From: a virus | DNA: 64,000 nt | Virus record (IMG/VR): IMGVR_UViG_3300005573_000072 | Span: 1 to 64,000 of that record | Direction: 5' to 3' (one strand) | In this document: piece after piece, positions 45,789 to 56,559 of the stretch | Numbering within the stretch: position 1 is the first letter of the stretch | How the letters are laid out: each line of letters begins with the position of its first letter | Program-made: the position numbers and the translations under genes | The notes under the pieces: generated by a model | What the model was told of the DNA's origin: nothing | Seen by the model: only the letters and a program-made list of their open reading frames with translations | The model's database searches: none

Positions 45789-48700
45789 TTAAATATACCT
45801 CCTTATTTCATTAACAATATTTCTTGATCTCTTTTTATCATAATCTTGTAAAGTTCTTGCAAGCTGTTGTTCACTTAAATTAGAACCATTTATGACAATC
45901 GTCGAATTATCAACATAATGAATAGCAGGTGCAGAAGCAAGCCGTTCAATTTTTTCAACAGTTTGTGATTTAATAACCACTTCTGCAGGATGCAAGTAAG
46001 CTAACCCTTCTTTTAATATTTCTCCACCAGTTGCTAATGTCGGATACATAACAGCTTGGCCATATTTAGGTGGGTAAAATCCACGGCCATGAGGATCATA
46101 AAATCTTAACAAATCAAACGGATTAACAGCCCCGCCACCCCCTGGATGGTATTCAAAATGCAAATGTGGTGGCCCACCTTTAGCATTACCCGTATCACCA
46201 ACATATCCTATTAATTCACCGAACCCTACATGACGTTCTGGACCATAATACCTATCGAGATGCATATAATAGAATACATCTCCTTCATCAGTTCTTAATA
46301 CAACATAATTTCCTGCATTACCACCAGCTCGATGTTCAACATAACCAGCCCGCACCGCTAATACTGGTGTACCTTTAGCAGCAAATATATCATTTCCTTT
46401 GTGTGTTCTACCTACCGCACGAGGAGCACCCCAGTCATTGGAATATGAATATTCATAAGCTGGAGATATAGGAAACATAATCCTTGGGCCAGGAGGTCTT
46501 CCTGCGGGAGGAACACCAGCTGGGCCGCCACCCCCACCCCCATAAGGTGGAAATTCTATTGGCCCTAGATTCGAAGCATTTTCACCATATAATATTTTTA
46601 TTAAATTGAAGAAATTCCTGAATCCAGCGCTTTTATCTAAATCCCTCAAAGTCTGATACATTGAAGTCATACCATTGCGAGCTTCCGTAGAACGAACCAT
46701 AGCCTCATATTCACGTTGAATAGATGCAATTTGTTCCCCATATTTAGAATTCAAAATATCCGCAGCTGTGACTAAATTATTTGTTGTATTTGCAAGAGCA
46801 ATTTGTGAATTAGCAAATTGATTCATTAATTCAATCATTCTCTCTGTTGAGATAGCACTACGTTCATCCGCATTTATTAATTCCTCAACTTTTTGTTTGA
46901 GGTTTATAATAGTATTAATACCATTTTCATTAGTGGAATTAAATTTCTTCATATATTCCTCGAATTCCTTCATTAAATCCGCCCCCTCTTCAAGGGGAGA
47001 TTCCTCACCTAAGAATTTTTTATATTCTTCTAAACTAATCCTCAATGGTCCCCGTAAGCCAGCCGCACGACGTACGATTTCCCTAGGCATAAACTCTGGT
47101 GTTGTGCTTAATTCTTTCTCCAAGCTATGAATCTTTTCTTCTATTGACCATTGTGTATATTCATCACCTTTTTCTCTAGCCCATTCAAGTATCCTTCTCA
47201 AAATAGCTAATTGCGATTCCTTACTTATCCGTTCCATAGCCACTTGATGATCTAACCATCTCTGAGCAGCTTGAATTCTTTCATCAATCGACTGTTGCTC
47301 CAATTTATAAATATCTTCTTCAATCCTCCATATATCTTCACGTTCAGTAGCCATCTCTAATTTTTGCTTCAGATATTGAAGTTTTTGCGCAGTATTCATT
47401 CTTCCCATAGCTTCCTCATGACTAATCCATTCATCCGCATATTTCAACCTTTTTTGTGCCATTTCCTTTTCTACTTCATGAATTTTTTCATCTATTTGCA
47501 TTCTTTGCTCCCATGTTTCAGCCTGACTCCTTATATAACGTAATCCCTCAAGATATTGCTGAGTATTTATTTCCTCCATAGTTCGTAAATGTTCTAGCAT
47601 CCTATTCAAAGCTTGAAATCTTGTATTCACATCTCTACTTCCTTGATTTGCTCTATTAATCTTATCGGCTTCTGCTTGTGCCCATTGTCTCGCTCGGCTT
47701 ATTGATTGCACAGCAAGAGATGCTGCAACTTCTTGAGGCATTGGTGGCTCTTCACCCGCTGCTAACGACTGATTTACTGATTGTAATGCTTGTAAAGCAA
47801 GATCAAGCCCTTCCCTGCTCATTCTTTCGCCAGCTTGTTGAACCAATGGAACTAAACCAGGCATAATTCCTTCAGCTGTAAGTTCTTGTAATTGAGACCA
47901 TATTTCTCCTGAAATTCCACCAAATTGATATACCATACCCAACATTGCTTGTGCAATTTGTTGCCACAATTCATTAGCTTTTTGTAAATCAATGAGTGCC
48001 TGCATTGTAAGATTATTAGTATTCTCAAGATGTGTATTTCTCTCTTGCTCCAGACTATTACGTTGTTCAATTAAGGAATTAATATTTTGTTCAATCAAAT
48101 TGATTCTATTTATATCACCATAATTATTCTCTATAAGATTCCTTCTTTCATTTTCTAACTCAGCAATTTGATTATTTATTGAAATAATTTCTTCCTGCCT
48201 AGTTTTTACTGCATCCATTTCAGTTTTTATTTGATTATTAGTATCATTGATTCTTGACATCACATCTTTATAGTAAGAAGATGCATGTTGGATTGTTGCA
48301 CCCAAAAAACCAGCATAACTTGCTCCACCTGCTAATGGAGTTATAGTTTTCCCTAATACTTTAGCGCCCAATGGAATTGTAAGTCCTTTCAAAGCTTGAT
48401 TAAGTTTTTCCATGCCACCTTCTTGCGCAAGAATACTCTTAAGGGCATCCACATGTAATTTTGTAACTTCATCTATAATACCCTGGTTAAAACGATCATA
48501 AAACTCTTTTATGTTTTCATCAAATCTCTCATGCTGAAAATAATTATATATTTTCCTTATTTCATCATCCGGATTAAGTTGTGGTATTTTAATTGTCTTT
48601 ACCCATTCTGCAAAAGATATATTTGATTGAAATTTCTTGATATAGTCTTGCCATTCCTTTTTCCAATCTTCGCCTGAAAATGTAGGGAGCTTAATTGTCA

Positions 48701-51700
48701 AAAACCATTCTTCGAATGTCATATCTCCAAATATTCTTACAGCATCATTCCATTCTCTTATTAAATCATTTACAGATGTTGCAAAATCTGCCCCGTTTTT
48801 CAAAGCCTCAACCATCATTTCAGATTGATGAAACACGCTTCCTAAAATAGTATTAGGATTGCTTGCCTCCCCAACAATTTCATTCAATATTTCTTCAATT
48901 ATCGGAGCATTTTCTGATCCAATTTGTAATCCCTTTTCACCCATTTTCTTAATTTCATCTGCTGAAAGGCCGATGGCAGTTAAAAGGTCTTCAAACATTT
49001 TCAATTCAGCTTCAGTATTCAATACCAACGAATAATATATATCCGTTGCTTCATTCTTATAAAATATTTCATAACCTGGCCCACCTGATATAGCTCCACC
49101 ATACATCGGTAATTTTCCTTTTGTAGGAGTATAAAAAGTTCTATACGGACCAGACTCAGCAGAATAGGCTTTTGGGGCAAATTTAATGCGCATTTCACTT
49201 AAGGGAACTTCAACATCTTTTATAAATTGATCTAAAACCTGTTTAAACAGATAAGCACTTGCTTCTACCGAAGTTCCCATTTTTCGTAGTGACCCAGCAA
49301 AATCTTCAGAACTTTTTGCCCATTCTCGCAAACCAGTAATTTCTCCACCAGGCCCGTAAGTTACTGCAAAAGGATGCTCTCTTGCAAATTCACTTAGCAA
49401 TGAGTTCACCTGTTGTTGTATATAAGCTTGTTGTTCTACCAACCTATTATATCGTTCTTGTAAAGCTATTTTTTCCTCATGCGCTAAATTTTGATTCTTT
49501 AATTGTTCACTAATTTTATCCTGTTCTTTCGCAAGCCAATCTAACGTATTCTTATAAGGCTCATATTTCTCCGATATAGATTTAAGTTTCTCATTATAAT
49601 CCTTTGCTTTTTCTATCAAGTTATTTGTCATTTCTTCTATTTTTTGTTTTGTCCTTTCCCTGTCTCGCATTATAGCATCAAATATAAACATACCAGCCAT
49701 TAAAGATATTCCAAAAATATTCTGTTTCAAAAAGTTACCTATGCCTACAGCAGCACCTTTTGTCCAATCCAGTAAGGATTGAGTAACATTTTTTAACCTG
49801 TCTTTCATACCAATGTTTATTCCTGTTGCAAGTTCTCCACCTATATTCCGCCCCGCACTTGCAATTTCTTCGCCTATATTTTGTTCCATATTTGCAACTT
49901 CTTCTACAATTGGAGCTCCGGCAATAAATCCTTTTATTCCTCCAAATCGTTTTTGGAACCATACGTTTGTATTTAAACCCCCAAGTCTAGAAAGAAGCCC
50001 AATACCAGTTCTTAAGCTTACTTGCTTAGAAAATTCTGCAGCTCTTGTTGTTATTTTTGTGCCAATCTCACCACCTAATGGCATTAAAGCTAAACCAGCC
50101 GAAGCAATTTTTAACATACCAAATACAGCTATTGTAGACATAATTGCTCGGCCAAAACCACCAAATGCATTCGCAACTCTGTTAACTATATCCAAAATAT
50201 GAGAGAAAAACTCAATAAAAGGCATTAAAACTCTAACAATACCACCCAATGTATTTTTAAATTCCATTAAAACCGTAGTAAATATTTGCCATCTCTTGGC
50301 AAGAGTATCCATTATAATCTCATTTTCTTTAGAAGCCGACCCATTAGACCTGAGGCTAATAGTTACAGCATCTTGATAAGTTGCATATTGATCCATTAAA
50401 GCGAGAAAATATTGATAACGTTTCTTTTCAGCCATTGCATTAGCAATAGCCATTTTTTCTGCCCTATTCAAATCATCCCACTTTGTTGCAATCTCATCTA
50501 AAATATTACCAAATGGTTTTAATTCACCAGAAGCGTCATAAACATCCACACCTATTTGCCGCAAAGCTTCTCTTGTAGTTTCCAACTGAGTTCTAGCAAA
50601 CATTGCTTTAAATGCGGTAGCAATTTCTTCACCACTCCTACCAGTAGCTGCCGCTACAGTAGCTACCATGGCGTTTAATTCGTCAAAACTTACTCCGGCT
50701 TCACCAGCCGCCGTACCTGCCACTCTAACTGCATCTGTCAAGTCACTTGTGTTTACGCGCATTTTCCGAGATAATTCATTCCACGAATCAACTAATCGTT
50801 CAGATTCACCAACAGTCAAATTAAACTGTTCAAGAGATGCAGTCATTAATTTAGAAGCATCAGATAAATCTAAACCAGCAACATTAGCAGCTAATAAAGA
50901 AACACGGGTTAATTCAAGTACATCAGATGTATTTCGTCCTGTCCTGGCAATATCTGTCATAGTTTGAATTACTTCAGGAAGTCCACGTCCATAACTTTTT
51001 GCTAGCTCATAAGCACCACGGGATAAGGCATTCATATCCCTGTCTGTTCCTCTTAAAACAGCCCTCAATTCAGCAAACCTCTTATCTAACTCCACAACTT
51101 CTTTAACTGCTTGCTTTATCGTTCTCCACGTCCCCCAGATTGCCGTAGAAGCCGCACCCCACAATACAACACGCTTCAAAGCAATGCCAAATTGCTCCGA
51201 AATACTACCTGTTGCTGCTCCCAAGCTCCTCATTACCTTATCAGCATTCTCTATTGCTCTACCCAAAGCTTTTACCTTCAATTCTTGTTGTGTATATTCA
51301 TTACTACCTTTTTCAAGCTGCCCAAGAAGAGTCTTCTCTTTTTCTAATTGTTCATTGAGACCCTTTATAATTTCCGCCCGTGCTTGAGCTTCAACTTCCT
51401 TATATCTACCAGGAATTTTTTCTTGTGCCCTTAATTGTTGGGTTACTTGTTGATAATAACGGCCAATTATACTTAAATACGTTTCTTCTAACTTACGCAA
51501 AGATTCCTGTTGAGCCAACTCCATTTGGGGCCTAAAAGCTTCCCGAATACTCATCAAGCGCCTCTTTACTTCCTCTAATGGTATTATTCCTTTTTCCAAC
51601 ATGGGTTTCTGCATTGCTGCACTAAATTCATAAAACTTGCCAGTTTCAGTATCAAAATATAAACCTAATTCTTTCAATACATCTTGGTATGCTACTAGCA

Positions 51701-52781
51701 TGTTTTCGGCATCCGCAATGGTATTTTTATTATTTTTAAAAGCATCCCCAAGAGCGTATATTCGCGCAGTTAAATCATCATATACATTTGGAAGTGTTTG
51801 CAGATTTTTACTATGTTGTGCTTCCGTAATCCCTTCTGTTGCCAATATACTTTTCCCTTCAAGCAATTTTTGCTGGTATTCATCAAGAGCACCAATAATC
51901 ATTTTTATATCCGCAGTTGCTTTGGGTGAAACTCCTAATACTCCAGCTGCCTGCTCCATAATATTTCCCTTTCCTGTCAACATAATTTTGTCTATTTTTT
52001 CTAAAGTAGGTTGTAGTGTTCCCAATACCTCTTCAATTGTCTTTGGCTGACGAAAACCAAATCTTGTCAAAGGCACTCCACTCAGTAAAAGATTTATTTG
52101 TTCCCATGCTTCTTTAGGAATTTTAAGCTGACTATACATTTCTTTTGCTTCTTCTGGGGTTATCTTCCCACGCCTTATTTGCATCAATAAATTATTATAA
52201 GCAAGCAAAGAATTTTTCTGTGTGTCAATTGTTTCCTTTATAATATGAGAATATTCCTTTTCAGTATTATTCAATCTTTCTTGAGCAGATGTTGCAGTAT
52301 TTATAATATTTATAAGTTGCCCTATCATTGCAGCAGAATTTTCAAACTCTTTTCCAATTGATCCACTTGCAATCGAAGCATATAGTTTTCCAAATTCCTC
52401 CGTAATCATAGCAACTTTTGCCCTAATACCCTCTATAGGTTCCATACCATGAGACAACCCCTCGAACATATCCGCAACCATAAAGCGTGTACGCCTACTA
52501 ACCTTTGCAAACTCAGCTTCCATCCTAGTCAAAGAACTCGCAAGCTGAGCTGAACCCATCATTGCCTCTCTGAAGAAATCAGGCAAGAAGGGTCGTTGAA
52601 CCCCCGAAGTCATCATCTGTATAAGACGAATTGTTTGTGCTACATTCTGATTAAATTGGTTTACAACCCTATAATCGAAAGCATTAGAAAGCTGGCGACT
52701 TTGTGCCACAGCATTAGATATTTGACTTGCGTCAATATTTAAACGAACAACTAATTCTACAATATCAGTCCAAAGAGCCAT
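45789..52781 (-). CDS. Tape measure protein with C-terminal M23 peptidase
   Basis: 2330 aa, helical, with a TP901-type core (ATGRSGEEIATAFKAMFAR). HKGNDIFA...YMHL...HLHFE M23 motifs. Confidence 0.92.
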   Translation of the reverse strand: MALWTDIVELVVRLNIDASQISNAVAQSRQLSNAFDYRVVNQFNQNVAQTIRLIQMMTSGVQRPFLPDFFREAMMGSAQLASSLTRMEAEFAKVSRRTRFMVADMFEGLSHGMEPIEGIRAKVAMITEEFGKLYASIASGSIGKEFENSAAMIGQLINIINTATSAQERLNNTEKEYSHIIKETIDTQKNSLLAYNNLLMQIRRGKITPEEAKEMYSQLKIPKEAWEQINLLLSGVPLTRFGFRQPKTIEEVLGTLQPTLEKIDKIMLTGKGNIMEQAAGVLGVSPKATADIKMIIGALDEYQQKLLEGKSILATEGITEAQHSKNLQTLPNVYDDLTARIYALGDAFKNNKNTIADAENMLVAYQDVLKELGLYFDTETGKFYEFSAAMQKPMLEKGIIPLEEVKRRLMSIREAFRPQMELAQQESLRKLEETYLSIIGRYYQQVTQQLRAQEKIPGRYKEVEAQARAEIIKGLNEQLEKEKTLLGQLEKGSNEYTQQELKVKALGRAIENADKVMRSLGAATGSISEQFGIALKRVVLWGAASTAIWGTWRTIKQAVKEVVELDKRFAELRAVLRGTDRDMNALSRGAYELAKSYGRGLPEVIQTMTDIARTGRNTSDVLELTRVSLLAANVAGLDLSDASKLMTASLEQFNLTVGESERLVDSWNELSRKMRVNTSDLTDAVRVAGTAAGEAGVSFDELNAMVATVAAATGRSGEEIATAFKAMFARTQLETTREALRQIGVDVYDASGELKPFGNILDEIATKWDDLNRAEKMAIANAMAEKKRYQYFLALMDQYATYQDAVTISLRSNGSASKENEIIMDTLAKRWQIFTTVLMEFKNTLGGIVRVLMPFIEFFSHILDIVNRVANAFGGFGRAIMSTIAVFGMLKIASAGLALMPLGGEIGTKITTRAAEFSKQVSLRTGIGLLSRLGGLNTNVWFQKRFGGIKGFIAGAPIVEEVANMEQNIGEEIASAGRNIGGELATGINIGMKDRLKNVTQSLLDWTKGAAVGIGNFLKQNIFGISLMAGMFIFDAIMRDRERTKQKIEEMTNNLIEKAKDYNEKLKSISEKYEPYKNTLDWLAKEQDKISEQLKNQNLAHEEKIALQERYNRLVEQQAYIQQQVNSLLSEFAREHPFAVTYGPGGEITGLREWAKSSEDFAGSLRKMGTSVEASAYLFKQVLDQFIKDVEVPLSEMRIKFAPKAYSAESGPYRTFYTPTKGKLPMYGGAISGGPGYEIFYKNEATDIYYSLVLNTEAELKMFEDLLTAIGLSADEIKKMGEKGLQIGSENAPIIEEILNEIVGEASNPNTILGSVFHQSEMMVEALKNGADFATSVNDLIREWNDAVRIFGDMTFEEWFLTIKLPTFSGEDWKKEWQDYIKKFQSNISFAEWVKTIKIPQLNPDDEIRKIYNYFQHERFDENIKEFYDRFNQGIIDEVTKLHVDALKSILAQEGGMEKLNQALKGLTIPLGAKVLGKTITPLAGGASYAGFLGATIQHASSYYKDVMSRINDTNNQIKTEMDAVKTRQEEIISINNQIAELENERRNLIENNYGDINRINLIEQNINSLIEQRNSLEQERNTHLENTNNLTMQALIDLQKANELWQQIAQAMLGMVYQFGGISGEIWSQLQELTAEGIMPGLVPLVQQAGERMSREGLDLALQALQSVNQSLAAGEEPPMPQEVAASLAVQSISRARQWAQAEADKINRANQGSRDVNTRFQALNRMLEHLRTMEEINTQQYLEGLRYIRSQAETWEQRMQIDEKIHEVEKEMAQKRLKYADEWISHEEAMGRMNTAQKLQYLKQKLEMATEREDIWRIEEDIYKLEQQSIDERIQAAQRWLDHQVAMERISKESQLAILRRILEWAREKGDEYTQWSIEEKIHSLEKELSTTPEFMPREIVRRAAGLRGPLRISLEEYKKFLGEESPLEEGADLMKEFEEYMKKFNSTNENGINTIINLKQKVEELINADERSAISTERMIELMNQFANSQIALANTTNNLVTAADILNSKYGEQIASIQREYEAMVRSTEARNGMTSMYQTLRDLDKSAGFRNFFNLIKILYGENASNLGPIEFPPYGGGGGGPAGVPPAGRPPGPRIMFPISPAYEYSYSNDWGAPRAVGRTHKGNDIFAAKGTPVLAVRAGYVEHRAGGNAGNYVVLRTDEGDVFYYMHLDRYYGPERHVGFGELIGYVGDTGNAKGGPPHLHFEYHPGGGGAVNPFDLLRFYDPHGRGFYPPKYGQAVMYPTLATGGEILKEGLAYLHPAEVVIKSQTVEKIERLASAPAIHYVDNSTIVINGSNLSEQQLARTLQDYDKKRSRNIVNEIRRYI

Positions 52782-52792
52782 AACACCACCTT

Positions 52793-52827
52793 ATAAAAAA
52801 CCCTCTGGTGGCATCGCCACAGAGGGT
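52793..52827 (-). terminator. Terminator-like hairpin just upstream of the tape measure gene
   Basis: ACCCTCTG/GTGGC-ATC-GCCAC/AGAGGGT stem with a T6 tract on the - strand. Confidence 0.65.
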
Positions 52828-52893
52828 AGTTTTATAAATTCACCCGTTATGCCACCACCAATTAATCCATATTTTTCCAAATGCTCTTTCGAG

Positions 52894-53277
52894 CTACATA
52901 AATTCGTCCTCAACCTCATAAATTTCATCTGCTTGATATGCAGATATTCCTTTATGCCCAAAACCAAGCTTACGATAATTTTCTTCGTATCTTATGTTAA
53001 ACTGCTCGTTTTGATATTCCATCCATTTATCGAGCAATTCATCATCTTTTATTATCCGTTCAGGCGGTCTATCTATTGAAGAATAGACCGAATCATACAT
53101 TAAACACCAATTCACAAAAGCTAATTGTGCTATTGACCAATCATTTATTTCAGTTGGGAATAAATTCGATTTCAACTCTTTGCTTGATACCCACAATAAT
53201 CTAGCTAAATTATTCTTTGCTAATAATCGCATTAATTTATCTACTGGTATAAGTTCTCCTCGTCGCCACTTCCTCAT
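52894..53277 (-). CDS. Tail assembly chaperone-like protein 2
   Basis: Position before the tape measure; YD...PP..II.DD.LLD.W motif. Confidence 0.6.
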   Translation of the reverse strand: MRKWRRGELIPVDKLMRLLAKNNLARLLWVSSKELKSNLFPTEINDWSIAQLAFVNWCLMYDSVYSSIDRPPERIIKDDELLDKWMEYQNEQFNIRYEENYRKLGFGHKGISAYQADEIYEVEDEFM

Positions 53278-54038
53278 CCTTCCTCCGCCATTAATTTAGA
53301 TAAAACCTCAATTTCTGGAAATTCTTTTATAAACTCTGCCGAAACACCCGCAGAAAACGTTATAAATTGATACATCGCCTGTGCAAGTAAATTATTATTT
53401 GTTTCATTCAAATAATCTTCATAATCTTCCCAATATCTTTCGTTTGTATCTACTCTATAAAGGCATTTATATAGTAAATAACCCATACGAGCTTCATTAG
53501 CTCTTCCTTCAGCTGTATTTGTAAAATATGAATCTTTTTCCATCTTTAAACTTGTAGCTTCATCCCTAAGAGATGCGATTTTCTTGGCCAACTCCAACGA
53601 CTTTTTCTTCGATTTCTTATCCTCAAGATTTTTTATCTCGTCCAATTCAACCAACAATTTTACAATCTGTGAAGTCAATTTATCAACTTTTTCATCTATT
53701 TCCTTTATTAAGCCTCGTTCATCAAGGATTTTTTCCATTTCCTTATTCGTAGGGAGGCCCTCTTTTAACGCTTTGCCCAACATTTTGGTGTATTGCCAAT
53801 CTGCTTCTTGTTGGTCTCTTACTGTGGGAGTCTTTATATATAAATCCCCAATCCCTGCTGCTGAAAAATATCTACGGCCTGTTCGCAATTCAGTCAATAA
53901 CTTATTAGCCTGTTCGTTTGTTAACTCATCATTTTTAACAATTAAATCTTCGTCAACTTCCTGAAGATTAGACTTTATCTCCATAATATCTTCCTTTGTA
54001 ATTTCCTCATCATTAGATAGTACTTTATCCTCTTCCAT
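53274..54038 (-). CDS. Tail assembly chaperone-like protein 1
   Basis: Between tail tube and tape measure; coiled coil; RBS before ATG 54038. Confidence 0.6.
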   Translation of the reverse strand: MEEDKVLSNDEEITKEDIMEIKSNLQEVDEDLIVKNDELTNEQANKLLTELRTGRRYFSAAGIGDLYIKTPTVRDQQEADWQYTKMLGKALKEGLPTNKEMEKILDERGLIKEIDEKVDKLTSQIVKLLVELDEIKNLEDKKSKKKSLELAKKIASLRDEATSLKMEKDSYFTNTAEGRANEARMGYLLYKCLYRVDTNERYWEDYEDYLNETNNNLLAQAMYQFITFSAGVSAEFIKEFPEIEVLSKLMAEEG

Positions 54039-54039
54039 C

Positions 54040-54285
54040 TTAATTCTCCTCCACTTCCATTTTTTCCACAATCAAATCATATCTTTTCCGTATGTCATAT
54101 AAATCTACGATAGAATGTAACCGCCTAATAGCATCATTACCATGATCTAATACACGTGTCCTAAATCTTTTATAAGTCCATTGATTAGGTGTAGCAAGTT
54201 CAGCATCTCTCAAAATTTTATCAAACATCACAGTAATTTCTCGCTGAATCTCCCCTTTAAGAGATTCCCTATCCACTAAATCCAT
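54040..54285 (-). CDS. Hypothetical protein
   Basis: AAGGAGGT RBS. Confidence 0.7.
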   Translation of the reverse strand: MDLVDRESLKGEIQREITVMFDKILRDAELATPNQWTYKRFRTRVLDHGNDAIRRLHSIVDLYDIRKRYDLIVEKMEVEEN

Positions 54286-54333
54286 TTTTTACCTCCTTAT
54301 TATTTTTCCTTTTTATCCAACCCTAAATCTTGG

Positions 54334-54357
54334 TAAAGGGGGATTTCTCCCCCTTTA
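54334..54357 (-). terminator. Hairpin after the tail tube gene
   Basis: TAAAGGGGGA-TTTC-TCCCCCTTTA. Confidence 0.6.
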
Positions 54358-54359
54358 TA

Positions 54360-55985
54360 TTAACGGCAACCAGTAACCGTAATATTATCGCACGTCAAAG
54401 TCCAGTTTTGTGTAGCATTAGCATCTACACGCAAATCAAACGCATCATTTGTCACACTTAGATCAGTAAGAACAATTTTCTTTAAATATGGCTGCCACTT
54501 ATAAGGAGCTTCCTGCCGCTTTACATCATTTTCCCTATACATATAGATATATAGGTACAAATTCTTAATGAAATCATCAAGTTGTAATTCTGTAGCCGAA
54601 GAAAGACTTATACCACAAAGCTTAGCAAGCTCCTCAAGATCAGAAGCAGTAGTATTTAAATTCACCGTCACAGGAATAGGCATCTGCAAAGGACGAGAAT
54701 AAGGCAAATGATGGCCTATTTCATTAAGAGCTGTTCTTGTCAACCCTAACGAAACTGAACAAGACTCAACACGCAGAGTCATGCTAGAAGACGAGGGTGA
54801 GAATTGCTCAGGAGGCAGAAGTGACAAATAAACCTCAATCTGTCCCTGATTAAGAACCGCAGGAAGATCAGGATGAGATTTATCAGGCTTAGGCAACTTC
54901 TTGAAAACGCACCATAAATCAACATTCGCCGCATATCTAGCAATAATTGTTGTAGTATTTGGGATGCTATAATTAAATGTAAGCGTCTTGGTACCAGAAT
55001 TATAAGAAAATTCATCATTAGCTGAAACAGTAGTTACCTCTTTAAGTGTTGTATATTTACCTGTAGTGCTATCATATAAATAGACCTTCAAGAAATATTT
55101 ACCATTTTTGAGTTGCACAGGATCAGGAGTACTACCTAACTCTTTCTGAACTGTCATCGAAGACAAGGTTTTTGTAGTTCCCGAGCCAACAGCCCTTGCA
55201 TCAACGATTGTACGCTTATTACCTAAAAACCACCTACGGTTATCAGTTTCAGCAGACATATTTTCTGTGGAAGCCCCACCAGTATTGCACGCAAATTCAA
55301 GACGACTCAGGAAAGCATTCTCCATGTAAGCGGTACGAGTAATATAATCTGTAGTAGTGGAAGCATCACCAGATTCCTTCACACCAACAATCACGTCCAC
55401 ACTGGCATTCTCAAAATCTTTCTCTGTAATCGTAATATAATCATGACAATTAAGAATATGCTTATTTTCTATTGTTGTCTGCCCAGAGCTTAAATAAATC
55501 TCAGCAATCTTCAAGTTGCCTGCGGGCGTAGTCGGTGGTGTAGGGTTAACACCCGAAGTACCACTTGTAATCGCCAATGTACCATTTTTTGTAAGAGACA
55601 GCACAACAATACAGTTATTGCTACTAGGAGCAGCCAATGTTGCGGTTCCACCAGAGAATACATAACGGCATTCATCGATAAAATATTCATCATTACTAAT
55701 GTTAACAGTCATACCGCCAGAGGGTGTAACTTGTACATAACCATAATTAAAGCACTTGTTGGCAAATAAAGCCAATGTCTTCATAGAACCATCTTGGTTT
55801 CTATCTAATGTAATATCAACAGTCGGAACACCATCAGCCACCTCAACAATACTATCATTACCAATTTCTTTAATCTCTTCAGGATTTAACGCTGAAGTAA
55901 ACCCAATCGCCTGCAAACGATGAAGCTGATGGTCATTGGCTTTAACCCCAACTGCAGAATGTTTTATTCTAACAGGTTTCGGCAT
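54360..55985 (-). CDS. Major tail tube protein with inserted domains
   Basis: Synteny after the tail terminator, strong RBS, two EIG-containing tube-like halves, followed by a hairpin. Confidence 0.65.
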   Translation of the reverse strand: MPKPVRIKHSAVGVKANDHQLHRLQAIGFTSALNPEEIKEIGNDSIVEVADGVPTVDITLDRNQDGSMKTLALFANKCFNYGYVQVTPSGGMTVNISNDEYFIDECRYVFSGGTATLAAPSSNNCIVVLSLTKNGTLAITSGTSGVNPTPPTTPAGNLKIAEIYLSSGQTTIENKHILNCHDYITITEKDFENASVDVIVGVKESGDASTTTDYITRTAYMENAFLSRLEFACNTGGASTENMSAETDNRRWFLGNKRTIVDARAVGSGTTKTLSSMTVQKELGSTPDPVQLKNGKYFLKVYLYDSTTGKYTTLKEVTTVSANDEFSYNSGTKTLTFNYSIPNTTTIIARYAANVDLWCVFKKLPKPDKSHPDLPAVLNQGQIEVYLSLLPPEQFSPSSSSMTLRVESCSVSLGLTRTALNEIGHHLPYSRPLQMPIPVTVNLNTTASDLEELAKLCGISLSSATELQLDDFIKNLYLYIYMYRENDVKRQEAPYKWQPYLKKIVLTDLSVTNDAFDLRVDANATQNWTLTCDNITVTGCR

Positions 55986-56006
55986 TAAGCTTTTCCTCCT
56001 TTCATT

Positions 56007-56558
56007 TTATCTTAAACATACAGCAGTAAAAGTGAGTTGAACACGATGAGCCATTATATCACCAACAATTTCTGCTGGTGCTAAATTAACAGCGCTCATA
56101 TTTTCAAACCACAACTCCGAATCAACATATTCCCCACTTGGAAATTGCTTCATTAATTTATTACCACTATTTGAATAAAAATATTCCGGAAAACCAGAAG
56201 AATCAAAATCATATACATAACTACTTTTATCAAGCAAATCCTCATATAAAATAGTTTTAAGAAAATTCTTCTCTGCATCACTTTTAGCAAAAATATCAAC
56301 CACACAAGATTGCCTTATATAATAACCGCCACCAATTTGTAATCCTGAATCATTTCTTTCAAGACTATAGAAAGCAACCGTAGGCAAAGGAATATTTAAT
56401 TCCTCGGGCCACCCATTTATTACCTTAACATAATAAGGTACTTCATCACGGTATAAATTGTCCTGGTAACCTTCATCTATTGTGTTGCAACCATGGTTGT
56501 GTAAAATATCTTTTATATAATATATAACTGACAAATCGATTTTTGTACTCCGATCCAC
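56007..56558 (-). CDS. Tail terminator-like protein
   Basis: LPTVA...GLQIGG...VDIFA pattern; synteny. Confidence 0.6.
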   Translation of the reverse strand: MDRSTKIDLSVIYYIKDILHNHGCNTIDEGYQDNLYRDEVPYYVKVINGWPEELNIPLPTVAFYSLERNDSGLQIGGGYYIRQSCVVDIFAKSDAEKNFLKTILYEDLLDKSSYVYDFDSSGFPEYFYSNSGNKLMKQFPSGEYVDSELWFENMSAVNLAPAEIVGDIMAHRVQLTFTAVCLR

Positions 56559-56559
56559 T

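Noticed and set aside
52894-54038. Programmed frameshift between the tail chaperone genes
   Set aside because: The second ORF has its own GGAGGA RBS and an ATGA overlap, and no obvious slippery heptamer lies at the junction.
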